Below, in pieces: positions 1-13,700 of a stretch of DNA of 64,000 bases. Within the stretch, counting starts at the first letter, position 1. Each line of letters opens with the position of its first letter. The stretch is from NCBI GenBank assembly GCA_040954595.2, contig CM082576.2, positions 2,082,760 to 2,146,759 on the forward strand, given 5' to 3'. The stretch comes from Balanoglossus misakiensis. Taxonomy: Eukaryota > Animalia > Hemichordata. Position numbers and translations under genes: made by a program. The notes beneath the pieces were generated by a model. It did no database searches and was not told where the DNA came from. It worked only from the letters and a program-made list of their open reading frames with translations.

Positions 1-3000
1 TTGACGGTTTTGTCCACAATAACACCGACTCTTCCAATTCACATTCTCCTTAGAAAGATATTGATGGCGGGTGAAGAGAATTTCTCTTCCAAGAAAAGAT
101 GAACTGTTGTTTTGTGGTACTTTCTGACTCATTGTCCATCATTATTTCATGAGTTGAAAGCTTTTGATGGTAATGGGGAAAATTTAATTTTCCATTTCAG
201 TCATTTGGTGAATTCCTGAGATGCTCCTTTAGACAATTATTCATAACGTTTATTCACCCAGGATCAGGAAAGGGGTTACAGTTTTTGCTGGCATAAGGTG
301 AACCCAACATCCATCATGACAAAAGACAGTGACGTCATTGGAATAGATACTAGCATAACACATTTCATATCCTGGGAATTTTTAAATGTCTCACGTGTAT
401 GGAAGAAACAGAGCTCAGAAGCTTTGTGGATGGAACGACTGAGTCTTTAAATTATTCATGCTCTTATTACAAGTGTTTTATGACAAATGTTGCAACGGTC
501 TGCCCTGCCATTAGCGCAGTCACGTTACTTTTAAAGCTTTGGACCATTAAAGTCCAGAACATTGTTTACAATGCAGCATGGTAGCAATTTATTATAATAC
601 AAAATCTCCACATTTGGATGAGATTATATTTTTATACTGCTTATATAATAATGTGAAAATGGCCCAAGAGTGGGGAAAATGATAATTGTGCTATTTCTTT
701 TTTCTGAAGTGCCATCCTACAATGAAAATGTTTTTCTTTCATTGTGAATATCCCTTGAGAGCATTGAGGTAGTGCAAATTGCAAATGATAGACTCTAGTG
801 TTTTAATATTTCATCATCTCAAGACAAAACGTGAGTGCAAGCTAAAATGCCCTAAAAACAAACCTATAATTTTATCAGCTGTATCAATTTCTGCTCAGCA
901 CAGGATTTATATTTAGAACTAATTTTACCAGGGCTCGATCAATGTGGAACGTACATAACAAAGGTTTCTATGTATCCCTGCAATTGTGTCTCTATGGCCC
1001 AACAATGGAAAATACTGCATGATGTGCAATTGCTTCATTTTGCATTACCCGCACCTGCAGTTGGACATCTGTACCACCAGATCACAAATAAAAACATAAA
1101 AGTGATTTTGTTTTCTGACAGTGCATTATCAACTAAATTGGTATCGGATGCACCACAAATAGCATGGACAAAAAATGCCAAATAACAGGAAGACGCCTTA
1201 ATAGTAAACTAATGGTTAAATAAGTGTTTTTTGTGACATATAATTGGATGCTTTGTATGGAGGAGGGGCTGCTATGGTCTTTGCAGACTCTGTTGTCAGT
1301 GATAGATTGCGAAGAAAATACAATTTTTGTTTAATGATATGACTGACCTTCTGTGCAATGCATGGTTTGAGATAATATTAGCCATAATACGCAGATGGTG
1401 GATATACCATTATGTTCAAACTAATGTAAAATTGTCAATTCACCTGCATGTAGCCACAGAAATGTCCATACGTCCACAATTATGTATTCGCAGCAGATCA
1501 GATGGAATCAGTGTTGCAGGTAATTCAAGTATCTTCAAATCTGCTCTTGGTTACGTCACATTATGACCCCTGAAGGTACCAGTATATATGTTTGAATAAT
1601 TTTGAGAGACATACCGGACCTTAGGTTTTTGCGTGGCATGAAAATGTGAAATGACATTTTACCCATTTATTCATAATTGCGGTGAGTTTTTAGCTTTTAT
1701 GATGTGTCAACCACATCACTACATGTAAAACTAATCGTCATTTGCAATTGGATAGTTATGACAAATACCACTGACAACTCTGAGCAGCCAGGCTTTAGGG
1801 CTTATTAAGGCATTATTCGCATATAGTTGCACTGTGCACATTGAAAATATTTTGTAAGCTGTAAAACTAAAACTGTGTTAGAAAAATGATTTATTTCCTG
1901 TATTTTAGCAATTTGAATTTCATATTACGTGAATATGTGGGAGTTAATGGTGAACAAAACACATAACTGCAACTATTGGCCTGGTGATCTCCACTCTTAA
2001 TGATGTGGAGCTTATCAGGTAGGTGGAATAACAATTCTCATTGGGCATTGGGCCAGTATTAAATTTCTTCTCAGCAATAATGTGTGAAATTCTTTCCCAC
2101 ATCACATTGACTTATGTCCACACTTTTGCAGACATGCATTGTCTGACAGCTAGCAGCTATTTTGAATATCACATACAGATAATTATATTACATGAAAATG
2201 TAGGTGTGACATAAATAATCTGGTGAGGACTCTTTTCAAGAATTTGCACTGTGACCTTTTTTCTTTGATGTCACATAAAAGTAAAGTATATACTTTATAT
2301 TAAAAAAAATGAAGATTAGTTTTTCAAGGGGTGTGCTATGTAAAGCAAACATTTAGCTTATTAGATCAGCTATTCATCCCTGTCACAATACCCAAGCCCC
2401 ATTCAAATAAAAACCCACAAATCTTTTCAATGGCGTTGATACAGTTAGTATCGATTCAGGGATTTTCAGATCCGTCTTTCCATGGTACGTTCAGTACTTA
2501 TTATGCAGCATAAAAAATACTCTGCATGGTCATTTTTGCAAGCCCTCCCAGGATGCAATTTGCCATCTGCACTGAGATATTGAATATGAAAATGCTGTTC
2601 TGTACATACAGTAAATCTGTGTGTGTGTTTGTGTGTGTGTGCACACATTACAGTGTTCACAGCAGGCCTGGTTCAGGACAGCATGCAGGGCTATAAGTTT
2701 TCAACACAGTTAGTGATGTTAGTGGTTCACATTTGCAATCCGTTTAGGACCTAGCCAAGGCTTAAAAATTAATTTTGTCTGGGGTTAGGTTACATGTAGG
2801 TCTTTGTTCACATTTGCATAATTGAGTCACATGCATGCACATGAGCATGTCCACATTATGGTTATTTTGCGCATGCACATGATGATAATTTATTCTGACT
2901 CGCATCCTTGGCAGAGATCATGTAGAGTTAATGGAATGGATGCAAAATCAATGATAGCTAGTACATACATGTAAATATACAAAACCCATGCATTACCCGG

Positions 3001-3054
3001 TATTCCTAGGTTGGGGTGTAGGTGGGGCTATAAGCATTAATTATGGAAGTTGAG

Positions 3055-3115
3055 TACCGGTTTTCTGCGCTCAAGGACACAAGTACACCACGCCCCTGCC
3101 AGTAGGGTGTGAACT
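3055..3115 (-). mobile_element. Second, more decayed copy of the same SINE-like repeat
   Basis: 14-mer gctcaaggacacaa (3069-3082) identical to 20120-20133, followed by a gaac B-box remnant. Confidence 0.4.
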
Positions 3116-4601
3116 ACATACATGTAGTCGTCTGATAGTGAAGCCATATCACCTGAACCTTGAGCCCTGATGCCTGTACTCAATAACCTGTCGCACAAAG
3201 TTGCAGATTAGTCTAATAAAGGGATGGAAGGAAACACACATCGTATCAACCTTATGAGACTGCATGCATGCCCTTGCCATGTATCTCAACCACCTGTTTG
3301 ATTATGATACATTTATGCAACCAATCGCAGCATGCATTCAATCCAGATGTACTTGTACATGTATATGTATTTCATCAGAAAGAGAACATATTTTAGATAA
3401 CAACAATGATGCTTTGCTCAAAAAGCATTTCATCCACATGGATAACTGTTTTGAATGATCATTACAGTACATATGTCCCCACTATTCTTGAGATATTACT
3501 TGACAACTTCTGGGAAAAGTCATGTTCAAACATATATGAATGGTGCACCATTGTTAAAGGGCTTGGGGTGGGTTGCAACCACATTTACCAACCTTGAAGC
3601 ATAGTATTTACCAGTACTTGAGCTTTTCTTTATCAAAACAAAATGTTTACTATTTTTCATTACATTACATGCATAAACATCACAGCTGGTACTTTCATTG
3701 TGTTCAAATGAATCAGTTACCTTCAAGAAACATGCAAGACACATACAAATATCGATCATGTGATGCATCGTAGTGATTGTGTCATGTATCATGTATAACC
3801 ATCATAGTATAATCCTGTTTAATTAAAGTCCGGATGTGACCCCTAAAAAACCAGTTTAGAGTTGCAGATAACCTCAAAAGTATCTCAAATAACCTGGCCT
3901 GAAATAGATATATATTTATAGAATTTATAGATATTGATAGATTTCTTGTAACAACAACTGCAGCTGTTCAAGTTCTCAGACTAAAGTTATTCCAGTCGAT
4001 ATGTGTGTCTAACATTGCACAGTCTCAATGGGATCCTTGATTTCTGTGCAGCTTGATATCCATGGCAACATGATTCTATCTTTGATTAGTTAGTAATATC
4101 ACCACCACTTGTTCGTCATGTGTTCCTATTTTGAGCCGCACCAGTGGCCCTCATGTTTATGTATGCGTAATTCAGAACCTATTTTTGGCATTTTTATGAG
4201 TGTGTGTGTATTCTGTGAATATGAAATGAGCAATATTCATGTACACGAACTATCAGTTTGTATAATGCTAACTGCTGATATACCAGTGCAGGAAGGAAGA
4301 AAAGACTATTGTGACGAAATATGTGAATACTATATCAATGGCGACAGCTGTTCTTGTCTGACTGTTCCCGTTTGGAAAGATTAATTAAGGCAGGAGATAA
4401 TAATACTGGGCATCATCATCGTGTGGCCAGACCTATCTGGATCTGCAGTGTGTGTATAAACTGCATGTTTGGCATATGCCAAACTTTCACGTCGCCGTAC
4501 AGGAGCCAAGCCCTGGCACATCGCTGTCACCGATATGATGCCAACCTGGCAGAAACTGAACGGATACCGTGTGACCCACAGGCTAAGTCTAAACTGCAAT
4601 T

Positions 4602-4767
4602 ATGGCTGGTTGTGTTTCAGAACATGCAAATGGTGACGCGACAAATAGTTGGCATGGCAAAGTGGTGATAGCTGACTACATTGAAGATGACAAACCAGTC
4701 ATATCAGGGCTGAATTTTAAGGCTGCTTCACTTGAGAAGCTATTGACCATCTGTGTGGATTCCTTTG
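4602..4767 (+). CDS. RASGRP: RasGRP coding exon 1 (MAGCVSE...[16 protein letters not shown])
   Basis: ATG in attATGg context with in-frame stops upstream; donor G|gtaagt at 4768. An alternative acceptor tgtgtttcag at 4620 is possible. Confidence 0.75.
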
Positions 4768-7700
4768 GTAAGTAGTCATGATTTGTATGCTCAAAATGTG
4801 GTTAACTTCTCTTTAATTTCCTATGCATGTATTTATACAAACATTATGCACATACCTACATGTATCACATACATATGTACCTACATGATGTATATGACAT
4901 ACATATACATGAATGTACAGTACACAGCAGACAGACAAATTGTTCTTTTGATGGATTATTTACATTGTTCTGCTTATACTGAAATTTGAGTCATCAGAAC
5001 CATCACAGATCAACTCACACCCTGCACAATGACATATTATAACATGGAAACACCCCCACAACATAATTTCTAGTATTGACCAAAATTGTACATGTATTAT
5101 TGCTACGAGAAGTCCAGTAATTACCAGTACTGCTGCAGTTTGGCTGGTACATCCATGAGTGTACAAACACTCCTGGAAAGTAGCATGTTTGACCTCAAAA
5201 TCTCCTGGAATATCATTTGCAAAGCTCTGGGAAAGCCAACGGAATTTGGAATGTCTTTGAGCATAGGAATGGGGCATTAATGTCACTGAAACTTGATGAT
5301 CGAAATATGCAAATTTGTATGTCACTCACAACAAAATAAGAATAAAAGAGTTACAGTTGGCAATTTTTTGGCGACGCAACATACAACCACCTGTTAGATT
5401 TCACATCATGGATCTGCACCACTACATGTAATATTACTTGTGCAGTGTCTATCAATAATCCCACCATAGTGTATTTGAAGAAAATTAAAACAAGCCCTTG
5501 CACTTGGTATTTACACAGTTGAAATTTAATTTTAAGTCAATTAACCAGCTCCCGTTAACTGTTAAAAACAGATGACATTAAAAGGTTAAAAAAGTATATG
5601 TCCCTGGAAATACTCTATTGTGGCAGTCCATTGAAATTCTGTGAGAAAACCAAATGGAAACGATAAATACAGCCAGATGGACTTTGACTCATTACACTCT
5701 GAAATTACTCTGTCAATGTTGATATTTAGCTGAACACTGTGTTACTTCGTTTTGCGTACATTGACAAATTCTAGGTCTTGTGTGCAAATCAACAAATTCT
5801 AGGTCAAAACCTGAAATTAAAGTTCATTTTTCTCAAATAGGAGTGCAATTATCAAGTGACCACACAAGAACAAACACATTGGAAAAGGTTTTATGACCAA
5901 TAATTTTCTCCAACTACTTGAGGAATTCAAACAAGGTTTAATGGGAAGGAAAAAGGCACTTTAGTCTGTTTGCGTTGCTCTCTCACTCAAACTAAACAGT
6001 GCGTCTGTTTTGGGCGCTAATTTTTTTTTATTCCATCAGTAGTCCTTTCACTGCATTTAAAAATAGCTTTGGCTCCACCCAGTTATCCAGGGTCTCTTAT
6101 CTTGGGATGAACACTTGCAGTAGAGGAACCACACCTCCTGTTTTTCCCATCTTCCCAGATTTTCAGGGATCCTCATGAATAATTACAGTATACATGTAGA
6201 AATTTCATTGTAGCAGAGTTCAGGATTTTATTAATTGGTAATAAATAATTGCCCTGTGTGTTTTAATTATTATGATGGAGATGTGCCTGTTATGACACGC
6301 CAGATGGCACTACAAGCATGATTTGAATAAGAGCCAGAAGATGCAGATAGCACCTATACCTAATTGACCCTTGACCCCATCATTTTTTATCAGCTACGTG
6401 CACTTTCTGCACTGAATTTTACAATTTCACAATTTTTTATCCCTCCATCTTATTTTTCCTGTTGCTAATCATTTCAGTGCAGTATACCAGTACAATATGC
6501 ACATTGGCTTCAAGATTCTTTTTCAACTCTGAGTTTTATCACAATTTAGATGAAAAAATTTACTGAATATCGTTTTTTTGGCAGACAATGTATTCTGAGT
6601 TTTATCATGAATTACATGAAAGGCTAACTGAATATAGCATTCTTGCCACTGTCAGTGTTGTATAAATGAAAGCATCTGTGTGGTTGGTATTTTCGAAAAA
6701 AAGCAATAAGTCCTTTGAAATGACGTGAAGCGTCATACCCTTGCACGACCTTGACCCCAGTGCCGGTTGCCCTAGCAACAAACGTGTATCCTAGGCTTTT
6801 GAACATTTCATTTTTGGCTGAACAAAAGGTGATGCATTTGTTTCGACGTGAAAATTACGTTGTCTTCTTTTCCATTCCCTGTGTTCAACAAAAAGCGAGA
6901 AAGACAGTTTGTTTCCACTGCAAAAAAAAAAATTCACACACGCACTGTTGTATTGCCGCGTAGTTGAAAAGATCATATTATAAAACACCATTTGCGGCTC
7001 TATGACATCAATGCAAAACGGTATGACGTTACACGCCGTACGTATGTATACGGCACAAGCATTCTCTGTTTGTTTACCCTCATCAGATATTAAGAGATGA
7101 ATGGGATTTTCAACCTGACACGAAATACTTGCGTAAACGAAACTGATTAGTTGTGCACACCCATGTACAAAGAGGGGTTGGCCGTTCGATGTGGTCACCA
7201 GGAAATTAGAATATTTATAGTAATAATGCGGAATAAATGGAGAGTTACTGTCGACCAGAATTGAGTCATTTACATCATTTTTTTCCATACACTGTTTTGA
7301 ACTGTGTGTGATGTAAATTTATAAAATACACAAAAGGTTTGCGTGTTAATTACGTAGTACATAATTACATTTATACGTACAAACAAGAGAAAGGTGGGAA
7401 TTAAAGTAAAATGGATATTGAGATATTTGATTTGTAAAAAAAAGCGAAAGCCTACCCGTGTTTGTATATTTGTAATACATAGATATCTTTGTATAAATTT
7501 AAGAGCTAGCTAGCATGACAGTTCAAGATGCATTTCAGCTCTCAGTTTCTATAAAAGGGCAATTTTAAGTCTCATATTTGTAAGAGCTAGTGTGGCATTT
7601 CTTGATGTCTATTACAGCTCTCACATTCATACAAAGTCAATTTTCTGCCTCTGCATTTATGTATTATAAAGAGCAGAGTCACTCCACATAGCTCAGCCAG

Positions 7701-10700
7701 CCATTGGCAGTTCATGATACCCTTCCATTTCAGCTCACAAGTTCATGCAAGGTCATGAATTGCATGACAGTGAAACACTTTTAAGGTCACCTGCTGATAA
7801 TGCTCTTCAGCAGGACACAGCAGTCAGCTAGGCCTTGCAGGATCTCATTTATAACCAGTACTCATCTGCGTTCACTTTAATTGTATCTTCTAGATGTCAA
7901 TGGAGACCTAGTGGAGAAATCACCGCTTCCCAGGGTATTTTTTCTCATGCACAAATGGTTCATCTCATCAGAGGAGCTGGCTACAAAATTTCTGGACCTA
8001 TATCCTTTATTTAACAACTACTTCAACAGATTTCAAATTATGGATGAAGTAGATGTGAGAAAGAAAAAAAAAGATCTCTAAACAGTAGTTACTGTATGTG
8101 CCTAGTAAGACCGGCAATCACGCATACTTAATTTTGAAAGTGCAACTGCTATTATTTGGTGTTAATTTGTCGATCAGATCTCGACATGTGGATTGTACAT
8201 TAATTGCAAAGCATATGGTCATGGTGCATCTTATAAGTGAGGTGCAGAGTGACTTTGTCATGAGAGTGTGGAAAATACTGCAATCAGCCCCATTCAGATC
8301 ACTAGATTCCATTTGCCCTAAAATTATTCAACTTAATGCAATGACGTCAAAGCCTGATATGTTTGTGTAGTTACAATGCCCGTAACAGCATAACAAGTCA
8401 GAGTTATAAGTGTATGAGCTCAGGTAGCAATTTAATATACTGAGGATGTCCTGTTGTTTCTGACTTGTCAATTTGTCTGTGTACTCTCTACAAGTTGTGC
8501 TATTTTTAGCCTAGATTTTTTAAGGTGACATAAAATAACCACAAATACGCATCCTTCACTTCAAACTCAGGCCACTTTGTTTCAGTTTAGTATTCGCAAA
8601 AAGATGGCATTTATGCATATTCATGATATATGTAAAACCTACGAAGATCACCATTCATTCGATGCCATCTTGTTCTGGTGAATACTAAACCGTAATTATG
8701 TCCACTTGACTGACTTAATTACAAAACAAAAACAGCAATTCTTCTTTGGCAGTGTTTTGTGACTTTACAAAAAAAAATGAAACAAAGCTTTTTATCTTCA
8801 ATGTCTGAAGATTAATGTTTATGTAGCTCTGTATCCTTAACTCTGACGCACATATAAAAATTGTCCAGGCATCTTGTGTAAGACGTCATGTAGCCATAAA
8901 ATAGACGATCCAAGCTGCAAGCGTTATCAATTCCGATGCCGTGTGTGCCAAGCAGTCAGGTAAGGGATCTCTTCAACTAGGGCTCTATTAAAAGTAATTA
9001 TATGTATCCAGGTTGTAAACTACTTCTTTGCTTATCTATTCAGAGCATGCAAGGACGGTTACCAGAAATATGGAGAGAAAAAAAAAGATGAAATGACACG
9101 TACGATTTGACCTCTCTGTATTCCCCATACAAGGTTATACTGGAATATTGCATTTAAATGTCATGCCTTGTTTGAGATCAAGGGAGAAAAAAACAAGGTT
9201 TCTTCCATTTTGTCTTTCATATCAAATCAGTTTTTGGTGAACTACAGTGGTCGTGTGTCAGGGGAGAAATTGTGTCTCTATCATTCTGTAACTGTTTACG
9301 TGTGCACAAAACAAATTTTAAATAAAAAATGTCCATCACTACTCTCTCTCTCTGACTCTCTCGCTCATGAATATGTGAATTAATCCTGTCATGTTGACAC
9401 TATAGTCTTTAGAAATTCTTCAAGTTTATAGAATTTCTGTGGATGACTATAGATGTCTGGGTTAGACTCTTTTTCTGATGAATTCTATAGAATATCAAAA
9501 TCTATAGAATGCTATAGAACTCAGTAGAGCATCCCTTGCATTTTTGTGTTCTTGCGGCACTGTGAATATCATGGATAACTGCTAATTCCTCCATAACTGA
9601 AAGTCATAAAATGCACATTAAAAAATACACATAAATCCAACTTGTCAAGGCAAGAGAATATGGATTATTTTTTACTATCAACAAGGGTTTCTTAAAAAAA
9701 ATTAATGCCAAGTATATAGGTCACAGAAGTTTCTGTGATGTATAATGAAAATTTCTGAAAATAACAAAAATGAAGTTAATAGCTTGGCACTCTCCAAATT
9801 CATAATGTAAGATTTTATTTCAAGTGAATCCAATATTTTGTTTGTTGTTTATTCCTCATCACAGATACTGGATCAGCCACTTTCCGGTGCATTTCGATTT
9901 GGATAAGAGTCTGTCCACTGTGGTTTGGACGTTACAGAGACATATCCAAGATGATGGGTTCACCAGACTCAAAAATGTGGTGGATATATCCAGTGTGTAA
10001 GTATCAAAATGTTTAATTGTGATCAAAACTCATATTGTATTGACTTAATGGTGCTGTTCGCATGCAAGTTCAAAATAAGAATTAAGTAAGATGCATTTTC
10101 TTCTTACATATGACAAAAGGTGATCACAGTCTCTTGTCAAAGTATTGCATCATCTTAATTAAACATTGCCATGTGACTGCCTTCCGATGCAAGATTCCTG
10201 CAATGAATAAATGTTTCTGTTGTAGCTGTAGCGTGTGAAATGACTAAAAAAATTGATGTGGGTGCGTAAAAGGTTTTATGTCCGAAAGAAATTATGTTCT
10301 GTGAAATAATAAAATAATGGTGGCACAAAGTGGGTCAAAGTTACAAGGATAATGTTTCTACCATGATACCAGCTTTAGTTATGGAAGCTGTAAAAGACTT
10401 GGAATGAGAGCATCAGCCTAATACACCAATTATACTTTGTTATTCCAGATTTCCAGAAATATGTATTGTTAAATGTAGTGATTATTTAAGATATAAAAAG
10501 TCCAAACAGGACACAGTCATTGGCGAGCTTGTCCTGGTGACGCAGGATTTCTTCCTGGAAGTCATAAAACAAAGAAACAGAAAAATTAGCGGAAAAGTCT
10601 TTTTTTCTTAGTCTATAAATTGTGCGTGTGAGCTTGGCAATAATCGATTTATTATCATTTTTATGAAGTTTAAAACTGTTTTTACAGTTGTTCTGTTTTG

Positions 10701-13700
10701 AGAAAAGGGTGCGCTGATAATAAATGCTGTCATAAATACGACATGTAAAAATATTCGGAGAAAAGTTCACATTTCTCCCAACAGTCACACGCAGGTTTGC
10801 CATGTATGCATGCAATATGAGATGATGTTCAAATCTCCAGACACTGGAAACTGTGACCTTTAATATACAACAAGTTAGCACTCAAGAGTTGATACGATTC
10901 GTATTTTCTAATGGATTCTCATCCATTTGGTGGTTGTTGTCATCATCGTACATCATGGGTGGCTTTTGTCTTCCAGGAAAATTAAGCTATACTAAGAAGA
11001 CTTGGCTTTCATGACTTATTTATAGCCAGTATGGTCTAAAAAGATCACCTCATGTGCTATAAATACATGTCAGCCACATTTAAGCGCTCTCAAATTAGAT
11101 AGGTTTCTTGATGCAAAAAGCTACTGACTACTTTTTCTTGAAGAGTCAGTCGATCGAGTTACCGGCTATTTATAGACAACCTTGTGTCTGAAGCACTTAC
11201 CTGGATGCTTGTTAGTGTTTCCTCCAGCGAAGGAGACAATGGCTTGTTTTCAATTTCATTACTGTCCAGGCCTTCCGTTTCCCGAAATACTATGTTGGAG
11301 GTAGACACATGCAACTTTGAAGCCCTGTTATCAAAACATGAGAAAGAAGACCTACATGCAGTGTAGAATATACATGTATCTTGATTAGGTCCCGACCTTT
11401 TGTGGAAACAAGAACAGCTTGTGATTGACTCCTTTACCCAGGTGGTCTTGAGGAAAACATTTTATTCCATCACTTGGTATCAAGATATCCTTGTTGGGAC
11501 AGCGTTTTGGAGCATAAATAATGATATATATTTTTTTGGTCTGTTGTGTTGTACATCTTGTTAGTCAGGGTCTGGCCATCTGTACTCTGGATGGGAATAG
11601 CTTTATTCCTCAGGGAGAGCGGTATATTACTGGGTAATTCCTTTTCTGTGCTAGTCCTGCCCAGCTGAAGGCTCCCCCCCTCCCCCATCTTTTAATCAGT
11701 GTCAACTTCCTGATCCCTTTTTGTCTCCTGAGGAAATGCTTTTCTCCTCTTCATGCCATCCAGTGTAGAGCCTGCCAATGTTCCACCAGCAAGGGTTGTG
11801 TCAAAATTTCTTTTTGACTGTGTATATATAAATCTTGTATTTACCCACTCATAGTGTGCATGATGAATGAAAAAAGATCCTCATGTCTCATCCCCAAATT
11901 CTCATACATTCATTGTAGTATATATCCTCCCCATCCCACTAATAATGAGAAGTTTTGATGGTGATGCTTTTGAAGAAATTGCCTGCAGAACTGAGAAAAG
12001 TAAAACATTTAATGTTTCCTTAAAAAATACCAGTTAACACCTCATCATTCCTTTTTACTGGAGTTCATTTTATTTGAATGTATAGCTGTGGTCGTGGGCA
12101 TTTTCACACTACATTTGTCAGATTTGAGGTTATACAGGCCTCTTGTTTGTGTATTACTGGTACATTACTTCTGCATGTATAGCAGCTTAGAAAACTGTGA
12201 GTGACTTTTGATCAGCAGAAAGTCTATCATGTACTGACTGTGGTGAACGGGACTGTCAGAGAAATTGTTACTGATTTTTCTAGGATGAGCTTACTGCAGT
12301 TTTTCCACTCCAGTTGGATCATGAGCACAAAACTGAAGTTAAAACACAAAAAGCATCTAGTTTTTACTAATAAATTGGACAGTTTGAAACAAGCTTGGAT
12401 ATGAAAGATGGTTATACCAAAAATAGAGGTTTTAGGTTTGAAAAATGGGTACAAGGCAAAGAATGGTACCGGTATAACTATAGTCCCAGTAAGGGGCTGT
12501 GACTTATAATATTAGTTATGATGTCCCAGATAATGCCACCATTGGACCAACAATCTTTCAGGCCTCACAGTCTGAGATAGTAGTCAAATGTCAACTTTTT
12601 TGTTTACTTTTCTTCACAGACCTTCATATGACTGGATGCGACATATATCTGTGCGCAACAGCTCAATTCGTCACAATCGTAAAGTTTCATTGGTCTTCAA
12701 CCACCTTGAACCCAATGAGCTTGCGGATCATTTAACATTCCTGGAATACAAAATATTCAGAAGGCTGACAGTAAGTTTTACATTGATCATATATTTGTGA
12801 AAAAAGTGATGTACGTACGTACGTATGAATGGACATGAAAGAGAAGAGGCTTATACATATATGCATTGTATTATTTAAAACCCCTTGAGCTACCACATTA
12901 GATGCATAGTTGTAAATTCATCTTCCCATAGGAGCGTATATACATGTATGCCATAGTGCTAAAAATTAGAATGAATCATGGGATAGCTCAGTCCTATGTT
13001 TTGGAAAGGTGATGGACCTTTTGAAATCCTTGCCCTTTTCAAAAAAAGGTTGACTTATTCACATGACATGTACCTTATCGTTTCTATATAATGCCAATTT
13101 CTCATTTCCTAGGTTCCTTCCAGGGAAAATAATTAATGGCTCTGCAATTGTTGAACCATTTAGAATTTCCACATCTGACGTCTCCTATAGAACAAAACAG
13201 CCATTTTTCATGTCAATGAAATCAAGTAGAATAGGCATCAATTGAAATTAGCTCAATTTGATTTTGACCAGTTTTCCAAACATCCATTTTTGAGCGCTAT
13301 GGTGAAGAAGGAGAATGAAACAAAACAAAATGGCTACTTTTTGTGTAACTTTAATATTTAATTCATTTTGAATGACATTAGAAAAGGACGTTAACTTTCG
13401 TGCTGGTGTTATTTTTCAAAATATAATTCAAAACACACACATATATATAAAACAATTCTGGTTTTCAGTAGGTTAGCTGGGCTGTAATAAAAATCTGACA
13501 CTTTGAAGCTCTCTGTAACTGTGGCATACCAGGGGCTTTCACATTGTCTTTGAAGAGAAATATGGCTTTGAAAAAAATGGTGCAGGAAACAACATTGACC
13601 AAATCAGAGTACCTTGGTAGAAAGTTAATGTTTACCAGTCTGGGTGCACTGTTGCTCAGGAAATAAGATGTGCACATACCAGTGAAATATGTACGAACTA

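Noticed and set aside
8831-8838. GTATCCTT as a nested U12 donor
   Set aside because: It is simply the branch-site sequence of the AT-AC intron; the two consensus sequences resemble each other.
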